The notes under the pieces were generated by a model. The model did not search any database and was not told the DNA's origin. It saw only the letters and a list, made by a program, of their open reading frames with translations. A program made the translations under genes and the position numbers. Below, one piece after another: positions 27,922-38,600 of a DNA stretch of 64,000 bases. The stretch comes from Candidatus Poseidoniaceae archaeon (lineage in GTDB: Archaea > Thermoplasmatota > Poseidoniia > Poseidoniales > Poseidoniaceae), in the NCBI GenBank assembly GCA_943788295.1, contig CALSPS010000002.1, positions 44,442 to 108,441 on the forward strand. Direction: 5' to 3'. Within the stretch, counting starts at the first letter, position 1, and each line of letters begins with the position of its first letter.

Positions 27922-29922
27922 TCACTTGAACATCGTCAGGATGTCTTTGAACAGGCTCTGTGCAGGCCCGTCGCTGCGCTCGACCAATCGCTTCACAATC
28001 AATTCGGGTGTTGAGCGAGCCAAATGATTTCGCTTTGGTGTGCGGTCGACCATCAATTCGAGATCAGCATCCAGGCCCGTTGCCTCAATGCCGTCGACGC
28101 GTAAATCCTTGCGCCCTGTCGCCTCCAATATTGCTGGGGCAAGGTGGGTGACCAGCATCATCGTCGTGTCCTCTTGCGCTTCAGCGGCCAACAGCATTCC
28201 AGCAATAATTCGAGCGCCAGCACCTGGTTCAGTGATCGCTTCTAGTTCATCTGCGAGGATCAGTTTTGGTGTTGGGTCGCTGACCACATTGGCTAATTCC
28301 ACCAGCGTTTGTTCAAGGGCGCCGGCGCTCTGTGTCCCTCCTGCCTTTGCAAGGATGTGCAGAGCCTCCACTTGCCCAACCCTGGCATGATCTGCTGGTA
28401 CAGGCAGGCCCATGTGAGCGAGGATGCTTGTGTGTGCGAGCAATTCGAGCAACGTCGTCTTACCACCGGAGTTTGCTCCGGTCAACAACGCAAGCGTTTG
28501 CCGATCTTTTGCGTCCGCACAACGGCCTAATCCGTATGTCACAGCGTCAGGCTCGACGCCCAAGAGGAGGTGCCGTCCTTGTTCGATATGGATGCCGTGG
28601 TCCGCGAGTTCGGGCATGGTGCATTGATGATCAAGCGCCCATCTCGCCACAGCGACCCACTGGTCCAATTCGACCAGTGTCCGTACTGCAGTTTCACATT
28701 TTGGCTGAAGCGGGCCGAGGTTTTTGGCCAGCGTCAACATTCGTTCAGTTTCTCCTGTTGCCAACTTTGCGCCCAAGGCAGTGTCAAGTTCATCAATGAC
28801 CTTACGGTCGATTTTGGCCGGCCAATCCTTCGTGAAAATCGAGTATGGGACCCGTACGCCAGTTCCTTCCAATTCTTCTGACAGACGCTGCTTGGCGGCT
28901 TCCATAGCATCGGTGATGACGTCACTCGTTGCTTGTTGCAATTTCCGTTGAAATGCAGCACCATCGGAAAGCGCTTCAAGCAATTCGCTTCCACTCAAAT
29001 TCATCTTAGCGTTGTTCATTGCCTCAGCCACTTCTTCGTTCACTTCAGCTTCGAGTGATTTTCCAATTTTCCACAATCTGTCTTTCACATCAGCGATGGT
29101 ATCGAGGTCACCTTGCTCATCGATGTTTCCAAGCCATTCAGGCAACTTTTCCAAACCTGCAACGGTTTGATGAATCTCTGCAAGAAACTCATGTCCATCG
29201 TGACCCTTTCGAGCGTCTTCGACAAGGGCGACAAGGGCTGAAAGCGGACGTTGATTGGTACGGAACCAGTCGATGGTTCGTTCAGGGATCACCATTTCAG
29301 CGGCAGGGTTCGCACTGAGAACAACCCAGCCGTCCGGTGCATCTGAAGGAGCTCCACTTCCGATCCATGTGACGAGTTTGAACACCGTGTAATCTTTCCA
29401 AGTCTCTCCCTCACCTGGTTGAATGACACGGCATGATTTCTTGAGGTGGTCCATTGGACGGGTGCTGACCACGACTCGTTCGTAGCGCTCACTGCTGTGT
29501 CTTGTTTGACCTAGACCCTTCAAAATAGACGATAAGGCTTCCATGCGTTCAGGGTCCTTTGCGGCAAACGACATCGCTGAGGTTGACATTTCTCTTCGCT
29601 TCGTGGGGTCTTGAACTGGCATAAGCAATTGCATGCGCTGTCGGGTTGCAGGTGCAGAAGCATAGCCTTGAATGTGGTTGAGGATTTCTTTGTGCAACCG
29701 TTCCGCCTCTTTCGTGGCGAGGAATGAACCAGAATCTCCTGCCACCATTCGAGCCAAGGAAAGGGCGCGCTTCGGAGACACACCATCAATTTCAGCAACC
29801 CTTGCAATATCCCCGCAACGCAATGAGGCTAGGGCCAATTGCTCATCACCAAAATGATCGGTGATTTTCTTGGCCAATCGTTCTCCTACGCCGGGCAATG
29901 CACTCAGAACCATGCCCTTCAT
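27922..29922 (-). CDS. Archaeal MutS2-like ATPase (MutS domain V), with no Smr domain seen and an N-terminal helix-hairpin-helix.
   Basis: LSALPGVGERLAKKI (HhH), Walker A LLTGANSGGKTTLLE and Walker B LILADELEAITEPGAG. Confidence 0.75.
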   Translation of the reverse strand: MKGMVLSALPGVGERLAKKITDHFGDEQLALASLRCGDIARVAEIDGVSPKRALSLARMVAGDSGSFLATKEAERLHKEILNHIQGYASAPATRQRMQLLMPVQDPTKRREMSTSAMSFAAKDPERMEALSSILKGLGQTRHSSERYERVVVSTRPMDHLKKSCRVIQPGEGETWKDYTVFKLVTWIGSGAPSDAPDGWVVLSANPAAEMVIPERTIDWFRTNQRPLSALVALVEDARKGHDGHEFLAEIHQTVAGLEKLPEWLGNIDEQGDLDTIADVKDRLWKIGKSLEAEVNEEVAEAMNNAKMNLSGSELLEALSDGAAFQRKLQQATSDVITDAMEAAKQRLSEELEGTGVRVPYSIFTKDWPAKIDRKVIDELDTALGAKLATGETERMLTLAKNLGPLQPKCETAVRTLVELDQWVAVARWALDHQCTMPELADHGIHIEQGRHLLLGVEPDAVTYGLGRCADAKDRQTLALLTGANSGGKTTLLELLAHTSILAHMGLPVPADHARVGQVEALHILAKAGGTQSAGALEQTLVELANVVSDPTPKLILADELEAITEPGAGARIIAGMLLAAEAQEDTTMMLVTHLAPAILEATGRKDLRVDGIEATGLDADLELMVDRTPKRNHLARSTPELIVKRLVERSDGPAQSLFKDILTMFK

Positions 29923-29999
29923 CGATTGTCAAGGGCTTTTGAGGATATTGCTCAAAAAGTGTAATTCGACGGTTAAATCGATGTGTTCTGTGCTCGCCC

Positions 30000-31397
30000 T
30001 CAGGCTTCAGGCAGTTCCAATTCGACGGCAAACAAAGGGTCTGGGTCAGTTGAGTCATGGTAAGCAACAACCACCCCACCGTCGTTCAGGATGGCCAGAG
30101 AAGCAAAGTCGAAGCGAATATCATTGCCTGCACCGGATGTAGAGTCAAGGTCCCCTTGGCCGATGTAGGTCATGGTGTCTGGAGCCAGACTTTCGCTGTA
30201 CCCTCGCACGTGGAACACAGTGTCCACGTCTGGTCCTTCGCTGCTTTGATAGCGAACATTGAGAATAAACAGGTCCAATTCCCCGTTGGCTTGAAATTCC
30301 CATTCTTCAATTTGTGTTGCCATGGCTCCCATTTCGTAGGATTGGTTGGTCCAAGTTTGTGCACCATCAAGCGACATGTAATGGGTGAATGTAGTGCCGC
30401 TGTTGGACACACAGTGAAGAGCGCCAGAGCGGTCGATCTGGCAATATTCGGATGGGAATTGGACGGCAAGTTCGTTCCATGAAAGCGAGGTGTCCATGAA
30501 GGCAGCGTTCCCGTTGTCGAAGTAACTCGGGAACAGCAGTCCGCCGCTTGGCACCGGGAACGCCCTCATTTCCTTGTGCGGCTTATTGACGTCCCAGTAG
30601 GCGGGCAGGTCCGCTGAGGTGAAATCCAAATCCAGTTCAATTGCAGGCTCTCCACCATCTCGGCCAGGGAATTGGAAGGGGTAGTAATTGAGTCCATCAA
30701 CGCTGATTTGTCCACCTGCGTTTTGAGTTTGGTGCCAAAAATTAGAGACCACAATGCTTGCCCATTCACCATTACCGAGCGATGAACTGACTGGCCCAAT
30801 GACTTCGACTTGCCACGAGCGATCGTAGAACGGCTCAGTGATTCGGTTGTAACACCAACTCCACTCATCTTCCGATTCGTCGTAAAGGATGGCGTAGAAT
30901 TTGTCGAGTTTCAAATCTCCACCGACGTATGGGAACCAGGACATTGAGATGATGTCACCATTCGTGGCTTGGACGATGCTTCCTTCACCCAACCCCTCTT
31001 GTCCTTCGTTGGTTGGCACGAAGGTTCGGCATTGTGAATCAGGGATGAATCCCGGGATGTAGGTGTCCCAAGTGTGGGCCCTGTCCATCGAGTAAACGGG
31101 GTACTCTCCACCAATGTTGAGGATCTGCCCCTCGATTGAAGTGGCGATGTAATGCTCGCAGCAATTGCCACCCTTTGATTTGTCAAAGACCGCCCATGAT
31201 GTGTTCGTGGTTTGGTTGGTTGCCAAATCCACGGTCATGAACATCCTCGCATCTTCGTGAGGAGCGGAATCAATGAGTGCGTATGTGGTCCAGATTGGCT
31301 CTTCATTGGCCTCATTGACAATGGTTTCCCCACCACCAAAGCAGCCTGCAAGGACCATTGAGGACATCAGCAGAACACTCAGGACCGCTCGACGCAT
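30000..31397 (-). CDS. Secreted lipoprotein, probably a BNR/Asp-box (sialidase-like beta-propeller) fold.
   Basis: MRRAVLSVLLMSSMVLAGCFGGG (lipobox). Asp-box-like SLDGAQTWT and SMDRAHTWD. Confidence 0.55.
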   Translation of the reverse strand: MRRAVLSVLLMSSMVLAGCFGGGETIVNEANEEPIWTTYALIDSAPHEDARMFMTVDLATNQTTNTSWAVFDKSKGGNCCEHYIATSIEGQILNIGGEYPVYSMDRAHTWDTYIPGFIPDSQCRTFVPTNEGQEGLGEGSIVQATNGDIISMSWFPYVGGDLKLDKFYAILYDESEDEWSWCYNRITEPFYDRSWQVEVIGPVSSSLGNGEWASIVVSNFWHQTQNAGGQISVDGLNYYPFQFPGRDGGEPAIELDLDFTSADLPAYWDVNKPHKEMRAFPVPSGGLLFPSYFDNGNAAFMDTSLSWNELAVQFPSEYCQIDRSGALHCVSNSGTTFTHYMSLDGAQTWTNQSYEMGAMATQIEEWEFQANGELDLFILNVRYQSSEGPDVDTVFHVRGYSESLAPDTMTYIGQGDLDSTSGAGNDIRFDFASLAILNDGGVVVAYHDSTDPDPLFAVELELPEA

Positions 31398-31451
31398 GGA
31401 GGGTGGTCATTGTGGTTCAATTTGAAGGCGTCGCTTCGCCAAGTCCCTGAT

Positions 31452-32213
31452 TCACGAGGCTTCGTTCAAGGTTTTATGGAGCGTTTCCAATCCTGCAAGT
31501 GTGGCTGTGCCGAACCAAGTCAAAGCTTCCCCGTCAATGCATGTCGAACGCACAACTTGGCCGCCTAACTTGCGTATTTCTGCTGCGATTGCTTCGCCCT
31601 CTTCAAGGGCGAAATCGTGTGGTTCACTTGAGAGAAGCAACCACTCCACATTGTGTTCGATTAAGGCCTCTGGCGTGACGACGGGGTATCCATTTCCACC
31701 CTCAACCAACGCCGGCACCTCTAACCCGAGGGCAGTGAGCAAACCTCCAGCGTACTTCTCCGGGCCAACCGACATCAACGGTTCATGCCAAATCATGGGG
31801 GCCACCCTCGCGCTTTGAAGTGGGTTGAGTTTCATCGATTGCAACTTGGATTCGATGGAGGATGCCCATTCTTCAGCGGCCTCTTGGCGCTCGATTGCCT
31901 TACCGAGTTGCCGCAACATTTCGGGGACCTCTGAGGGATGTTCGACGGATGAAACGAACACATTGATGCCTGCTGCAACCAATTCATCGTGGATGCTTTT
32001 TGGGTTTTCTTCTCGATCAAGCACCACAAGTGCAGGCTCCAGCGCCATGATCTTCTTGACATTGGGAGTTTTTGTCCCACCTACGACTTGAACATGTTCA
32101 ACGGCATCTTTCGGATGAATGCACCAAGGTGTGCGCCCGACGATTTCTTCGACGGTGCAGCCCAATTCAAACAACGTCAATGTGAGGCTTGGGACCAACG
32201 AGACGATTCTCAT
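31452..32213 (-). CDS. BtuF/TroA-like (helical-backbone) binding-protein homolog without a signal peptide.
   Basis: ATG 32213 gives MRIVSLVPSLTLTLFELG, the typical class III SBP N-strand, then ...V.GGTK.PN..KI.AL.P.LV. The ORF-track start at 32360 would overlap ileS. Confidence 0.6.
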   Translation of the reverse strand: MRIVSLVPSLTLTLFELGCTVEEIVGRTPWCIHPKDAVEHVQVVGGTKTPNVKKIMALEPALVVLDREENPKSIHDELVAAGINVFVSSVEHPSEVPEMLRQLGKAIERQEAAEEWASSIESKLQSMKLNPLQSARVAPMIWHEPLMSVGPEKYAGGLLTALGLEVPALVEGGNGYPVVTPEALIEHNVEWLLLSSEPHDFALEEGEAIAAEIRKLGGQVVRSTCIDGEALTWFGTATLAGLETLHKTLNEAS

Positions 32214-32226
32214 CTGGAGTTCGCCC

Positions 32227-35200
32227 CTACGAGACCGCAAACCAAACGGTGATTCCATCAACTTCGAACGAATCTGCATCGGCTGGTGCTTGCACGTCGG
32301 TTGGGTGGAAAGCGGCCGCAGCACACCGTGTCTCGTTGACAATCCATTGTTGGTCCTCATCGAACAATTCTGGGGCGTCTTTCATCCAAATTTCAAGGTC
32401 AATGGTCGCTTCAATTTCCATATTGAGGGTTTTCCGCTTTGCTTGAATTCGACGGGTGATGTCCCGAGCCAATCCCTTGGAGAGAAGTGCTGGAGTATCG
32501 TTCATGTCCAAGACGAGGCTGATGTGGCTGGCCTCATCGCCTTGCCCGATTTGAACGGTGGATGCAGCAAACCCTTCCCGCTCAGCTCGCTTCAGTTCGA
32601 CATCTGACATCTCAATTTGAATGCCCATGATTTCGCAAGTTCCTGCCTCAATAGCAGCGAGAAGAGCCTCTGGGTCTTGGCTGGCTTTGATTTCATTGGC
32701 CACAGCGTTGACGTTTGCCCTTGCCTTGGGTGCAAGCGCTCTGAAGTTTGGCGCCAACTCAATGCGTTGGAAGCGGTCCAAGTCTTGTTCCACTTCAATG
32801 GCTTCAACGTTCAATTCCTCAGCAAGAATGTCGTGGAAGTCAGCCAGATCAGGTCCGGCGACAATCCATCCTTGGGCGCATGGTAATCGCTGACGGCGAC
32901 CAGCATCAACACGGATGCGGCGACCGACTTCTGCCAGCTCACGAACAAGCGCCATTGAGGCTTCAAGATCAAGGTCTTGAGGTGGTAAATCTGCTGTAGC
33001 GGCAGCGGCATCAAGGTCCCATGAATCGGCGGTTGCACCTTCGAGGGTACCAGGGACTCCTAACGGCCATGAAGCCTGATGGACAGTTTCGCCAGTGAGG
33101 TTTCGGTGGATGATGTCAACCATGAATGGACTCACAGGTGCCATCAGTTTGCACACGGTGGTCAGCACTTCGTGAAGGGTGTGTTGGCAGGCGAGTTTAT
33201 CGGTCGATTCTGCATCATCCCAAAGCCGTCGGCGGCTGCGACGTACGTACCAGTTTGACAAGTCGTTCACGACAAACTCCTCTAAATCTCGGCAAGCCTT
33301 GTGGAAATTCCATCCAACAAAATCCGCATGGTAATTCGTTGCTGTTGAGGCCAAGCGGGAGAGAATCCATCGATCCAAGGTCGGTCGTTGTTCCACTGGC
33401 ACTGGGTTGTGTTCAGGGTCAAACCCGTCCAAAGCAGCGTAATCTGCATGGAACTTGTAGATGTTCCACAGCGTTAAGAACATCTTCGCATAGGTTTCTC
33501 GAACTCCGTTTGAATCAAATTTTAGAGGGTTCCATGGTGCTCCTGCGGTGACCATGTACCACCGGGTTGCATCCGCACCTTCTCGGTTGAAATGGTCCCA
33601 AGGGTCGACGATGTTCCCTTTTGATTTTGACATTTTCTTGCCTTCAGCATCGAGGATCAATCCGAGGCTCAAGCATCGCTTGTAGGCGGGTTTGTCAAAC
33701 ACGGCCGTGGACACGGCCAAGAGCGTGTAGAACCACCCTCGCGTCTGGTCGACGCCTTCACAGATGTAATCCACAGGGGAAGATGCCTCGAAGGTCTCTC
33801 CGCCATCGAAGGGGTGGTGCCATTGGGCGAATGGAGCGCATCCAGAGTCGAACCAGCAATCCATCACAAAGGGTTCTCTGTGCATTGGTTTTCCTTGTTC
33901 ATCGACAAGGGTGAATGCATCAACGACAGGTCGATGCAAATCGACATCATCAGGGCAAGGTGGATTTTCGATGCCAGCAGCGACTGCTTTTGCCACTTCA
34001 GATTGCAACTCAGCAATTGAACCAACGCACTTCATTTCGCCGTTTTCTCCGCGCCATACAGGGAGTGGAGTACCCCAGTAGCGCTCACGAGAAATAGCCC
34101 AATCCTTGACGTTGCGCAACCACTCACCGAATCGGCCTTCACCGACCCAATCAGGAGCCCATTCAACGCCATCGTTGAATTCTAACAGCCGCTCCTTGAC
34201 CGCAGTCATCCGCACAAACCATGAATCCATGGCGTAATACAACAACGGGTGGTCGGTTCGCCAGCAGTGAGGGTAGTCGTGGAGGTAGGCTTTTTCTCTG
34301 TACAGAAGCCCACTTGAGGGTCCTTTGCCATTGCTTCCACCTTGTGCTGAGAGCAAATCGATCACGGTTTGATCGCAATCCTTGACGTAACGCCCGTCGA
34401 GTTGAGGATGGGTGCCTTCAATGAAGGCTCCATCCATACCCACGGTGTGGTGGGCAGGCAGTCCCGCTGCCATACCAAGGTTGTAATCGTCTTCACCATA
34501 CATGACGGCGGTGTGAACGACACCGGTTCCGTCGGTTGTGGTCACCCAGTCGGCTTCCAATACGGTCCATGCGGTTGTGGAATCATTGCGAGGTACTGCA
34601 TCTGGGAACAACGGTTCATAGGCCATGCCGACCAGTGATTTCCCTTGAATTTCTTCGATAATTTCGACGTTGTGACGAAGGACTTCCTTCATCAAATCCT
34701 TTGCCAAGATCACCACCTCGCCGACCTCTGCGCCTCCTGCACCGGTCCAATTTTCGGCTTGTTCGGTCACACGAGCGCGAACATAGGTGACTTCAGGCCC
34801 AACCGCCAAACCTACGTTGCCGGGAAGGGTCCAAGGGGTGGTGGTCCAGGCGAGGATGCTTGCATCCTCGTCGACGAGTTTGAATTTGACATACACCGAT
34901 GGTTCTTCGACTTCTTTGTAGCCCAGTGCCACTTCGTGGCTGGAATACGAGGTGCCCGTTTGTGGGCAATAAGGCAACACTTTGTGGCCTCTGTACAGCA
35001 GTCCTTTGTCGAACATTTGCTTCAATGCCCACCAGCATGATTCGACATAATTGTTGTCGAGGGTGACGTACGGGTTGTCCAAATCGACCCAGTAGGCCAT
35101 TCGCTCAGTCATTTCCCTCCATGCCGATTCATAGGTCCATACAGATTCTCTGCACGCTTGGTTGAAGTTGTCCATTCCGAAGGCTTCAATGGCCTCGTTT

Positions 35201-35514
35201 GACATCAAATCCATTCGCTTCTGCACTTCGATTTCGACAGGCAAACCGTGTGTGTCCCAACCACCTTTGCGTTGCACTTGGAATCCTTCCATCGTCTTCC
35301 ATCGGCACACGAGATCCTTGTAGGCTCTGGCAACAACGTGGTGAATTCCTGGTTTGCCGTTCGCCGTAGGAGGCCCTTCAAGGAAAATGAAAGGAGCACC
35401 GTTGCTTCGTGTATCAATGGAGGCTTGGAAGGCGTTTTCTTGTTTCCAAGCCTCGAGCAGAGCCGTCTCAAGTGCAACTGCGTCGAGTTCGCCAGCAGCC
35501 TGGGGTTGAGCCAT
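32227..35514 (-). CDS. ileS: Isoleucine--tRNA ligase.
   Basis: 1095 aa with PPTANGKPGIHHV (HIGH-type), a CP1 editing region, KMSKSKGN and a long archaeal-type C-terminal extension. Confidence 0.95.
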   Translation of the reverse strand: MAQPQAAGELDAVALETALLEAWKQENAFQASIDTRSNGAPFIFLEGPPTANGKPGIHHVVARAYKDLVCRWKTMEGFQVQRKGGWDTHGLPVEIEVQKRMDLMSNEAIEAFGMDNFNQACRESVWTYESAWREMTERMAYWVDLDNPYVTLDNNYVESCWWALKQMFDKGLLYRGHKVLPYCPQTGTSYSSHEVALGYKEVEEPSVYVKFKLVDEDASILAWTTTPWTLPGNVGLAVGPEVTYVRARVTEQAENWTGAGGAEVGEVVILAKDLMKEVLRHNVEIIEEIQGKSLVGMAYEPLFPDAVPRNDSTTAWTVLEADWVTTTDGTGVVHTAVMYGEDDYNLGMAAGLPAHHTVGMDGAFIEGTHPQLDGRYVKDCDQTVIDLLSAQGGSNGKGPSSGLLYREKAYLHDYPHCWRTDHPLLYYAMDSWFVRMTAVKERLLEFNDGVEWAPDWVGEGRFGEWLRNVKDWAISRERYWGTPLPVWRGENGEMKCVGSIAELQSEVAKAVAAGIENPPCPDDVDLHRPVVDAFTLVDEQGKPMHREPFVMDCWFDSGCAPFAQWHHPFDGGETFEASSPVDYICEGVDQTRGWFYTLLAVSTAVFDKPAYKRCLSLGLILDAEGKKMSKSKGNIVDPWDHFNREGADATRWYMVTAGAPWNPLKFDSNGVRETYAKMFLTLWNIYKFHADYAALDGFDPEHNPVPVEQRPTLDRWILSRLASTATNYHADFVGWNFHKACRDLEEFVVNDLSNWYVRRSRRRLWDDAESTDKLACQHTLHEVLTTVCKLMAPVSPFMVDIIHRNLTGETVHQASWPLGVPGTLEGATADSWDLDAAAATADLPPQDLDLEASMALVRELAEVGRRIRVDAGRRQRLPCAQGWIVAGPDLADFHDILAEELNVEAIEVEQDLDRFQRIELAPNFRALAPKARANVNAVANEIKASQDPEALLAAIEAGTCEIMGIQIEMSDVELKRAEREGFAASTVQIGQGDEASHISLVLDMNDTPALLSKGLARDITRRIQAKRKTLNMEIEATIDLEIWMKDAPELFDEDQQWIVNETRCAAAAFHPTDVQAPADADSFEVDGITVWFAVS

Positions 35515-35641
35515 GCTTCGCCGAGCGGCGGTATTGTCTTGAACCTCACCCTTCTTCTCGCATCAGAAAAGATACATTTCTCTGCTGAAGTTCTTTGCAA
35601 AATCACCTTTCTACTCAGCATTTTCCGAAATCTGTTGGGGT

Positions 35642-38600
35642 ATGTTTGAAGTTCTTGAACGCATAGGCAGAAGCATGGCGGGTGCCTCGGGGCTGAAAAC
35701 TGCGTTGTTTCTCGGCCTGTTGATGGTCCTTGGTGGTCCATTGAACACCATGATGCTCGACCATCCAGCATCGGCACCAACACCGGTTCTCGAAGAAATG
35801 AATGTGGCATCCGCTATGGCGGGTGAAAACGCTTCATTCCTGCTCCCTGGTAACAACCTCGCTTCGACCTCATTCACAGTGGACGTGCCAAGCGATGCTC
35901 CCGTGACGAGCATCCATCTCGAAATGCAACCCGCTGTTCAACCCACACAGACAGGCTTCGTTTGGAATGACAATACGGCGTGGTCCGCATCAACAGCGAC
36001 CCACAACGGCACGTTCGGTTCCGACGGTTACCTGACCGGGGACGGAGGAGGGACCCTTTGGGACTTCAATTCAGGTCTCCAAGGATGGACGGTTTCAGCC
36101 TCGACCTATGTTGGCCGATACACGGGTACCGGTGCTGGTTCGGGTGCAACTGGATGTGGGTACAACGGCAGCGCCGGAGGTTCGATCAAAACTCAAGCCC
36201 AGTCCACGCCAGAACACGCCACCTCACCGATTGTCAATCTCGCTGGATTGAACACGATTCCACTTCACGCATGGATCCGGCAAGGTTCCTCAAGTTGCGG
36301 CGAAGAAGCTGACAGCGGAGAAGATCTCAAGGTGCAATACAAAACCACATCCGGTTCTTGGACCACGCTCAACACATGGTCAGGAGCGACCTCTGGTGGC
36401 GCGCCAACTCAATGGATGGGTACCTTGCCTGCTGCAGCACTCCATGCAAACACCCAAATCAGGTTTGAGCAAGTTCGCGGTTCAGGTACATGCTGTGATT
36501 TTTGGTTCATCGATGACGTCCACCTTGCATTGCCCCCTTCAGCAGATTGGACAAGCCCCACAATTGGATTCTCTCAGAGCGATCATCAGCGGGTGAACGG
36601 CGGACCATGGGCGCCTCTCTACATCAACGCAGAAGTTCCTGCGGGTGCTCACCTCAATTGGACGGTGCTTGACGCATCAACCGGCGAGCCAATCGATGGT
36701 ATGTCAGGCAGCAACGATCGCGTGATTCCTGTCAACGCATTGGATTGGCAAACATACACTTCGCTGCAAGTGCAGTTGCTGCTCAAACCATCACCAAGCG
36801 GAGAAATGGCGACGGTGTATTCCATCAGCGGTGATGGGCATTACTCGGTCGATTCAACACACAGCGCCGCTTTCGACGGTTGGATCAGTGAAACTGGCGG
36901 CGTGAATTTCATAGAAGGCATGGACGTTTATGTCGGTGAAGTGAATGATTCCTTCACTTCGCCATGGTTCACGCCTTCAGCAGCGCTTTCAGAAATCACC
37001 ATCGACGCAACCATGTCCCTTGCACAGGCCCAAATTCGAACGCCAGGAAATATGCTCTGGACCAACATCACCCTGCCTTACAGCCTCGATCTTGTTGGTC
37101 ATGAAGGCACCTTTGGCATGCACCAAGTCCAATTTATTGCAGCCTCAAACAACTCAAGTGACATGTGGGAACTCACAGCGTTTAAGACCAGTTCTCTCGG
37201 AGGATTGCAACCCACCAGCCCCTCCATCGATTTCGGCCAAGATGGCCTTATCGAATGGGGAGGAAGCGATGCAAGGGTTGGTTCGTGGGGTTGGCAAGAC
37301 CGTTTTGAAAACGGTGAGACTTCAATTGATGCAAATCCAGGTATTTCGGGAAGTTCATCAGCAAAAGCATGGGTTCCAGTGACCGACCTCACGTCGTTCG
37401 CATTCACCGCACTGTCCAGCCAAGGGACCCTTGATGGCGTCACGCTCCGTATTGGAAACGATCAGATCGCTTCCTGGGACTTAAACGGTTCAACTTCCCT
37501 TGCCCTCAACGCCACCCAACTCGAATCAATGAGCACCGTTTTGGCCAGCCTTACTTCCACAGTGGGTGCTCTTGGTACTTCTTTTGCAGAAGTGACGTTT
37601 GAGGTGATTGGTACAGGGAACGTGACGCTCGGAGGTCTTGGTGTTCCATACAGTGTCTCAGCCTCGGTCGACACAGGTTCGGATTCCTCTTTCGTCTTGG
37701 CGTTAAACGCCGCACGCTACGGACTTTCACCGAGCAATGGTTTGCACCAAATAACGCTCCCTTTTGCCTCTGAAACACCCGGTGGGATTCGAGTTTCAAT
37801 CGAAGGATTGAACAGTTCTTCCGCTGTTCAAATGGTCAGTTCACAGATGCTTGTCGACGAACCAGTCTTGACTCCAAGTCAACACTGGCAGACGATGAAC
37901 ACCACATACAATGTCTATGGTTCACAAGCTTCGATGGCTCGTCTGGAAGTCAGCGATGGAACCACCTCTGGGACATGGTTGTTGCCGTTTGCAGGTGGTT
38001 CGGTCGGTCTTGGTGCATCCGAACACATTGAACTTCATCCCGATCACGCATTGGTGGTGATCGAAAGTGGCGTTCAAATCACCACCAGCGTCACCTTCCG
38101 CATCGAACCGACTTGGGATGATGCTGAAGTCATGACCGTTCGTTCTAGGTTGGTGCTCTCCAACAGCGTCATTTCGATTCCGTCGGTTCATGTGTGGGGG
38201 GCCATTGGTGGACAAGGCTACGAAAACGACCTTGAAATCAAAGAGGTTATGTTCACCGATGTGGGGGCATCTCGAACCCTTAATTCAGCAGATTACTATC
38301 TCAAAGCAGGAATTGATGTCGATCTCTCAGTGCGTGTTGGTTTTGAGGGCCTTGACACGACAGACGCTTTCGCAGATGGCGATGCGATGTTATCGTTGTA
38401 CCGCGGAGAAACCATGGTGGCAAACACCACGATGCTCGATGAGAATTACTGGAACTACTCCGATGTGGTTCCGTTCACCTTTGGAACGTTGACGTGGCGA
38501 ATTGAATTGACTTCGCTCAACGGTTCGGGTTTGACCGAGGATGCCATCTTTGAACGGACCTTCCACGTGGACTCTGTCAATCCACAGGTGCTCTCGACCT

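Noticed and set aside
35205-35810. 201-aa minus-strand ORF spanning the ileS 5' end, the intergenic region and the start of the 1726-aa gene.
   Set aside because: It overlaps two well-supported genes, has no recognisable motifs and has a Cys/Arg-rich composition atypical of this acidic proteome.
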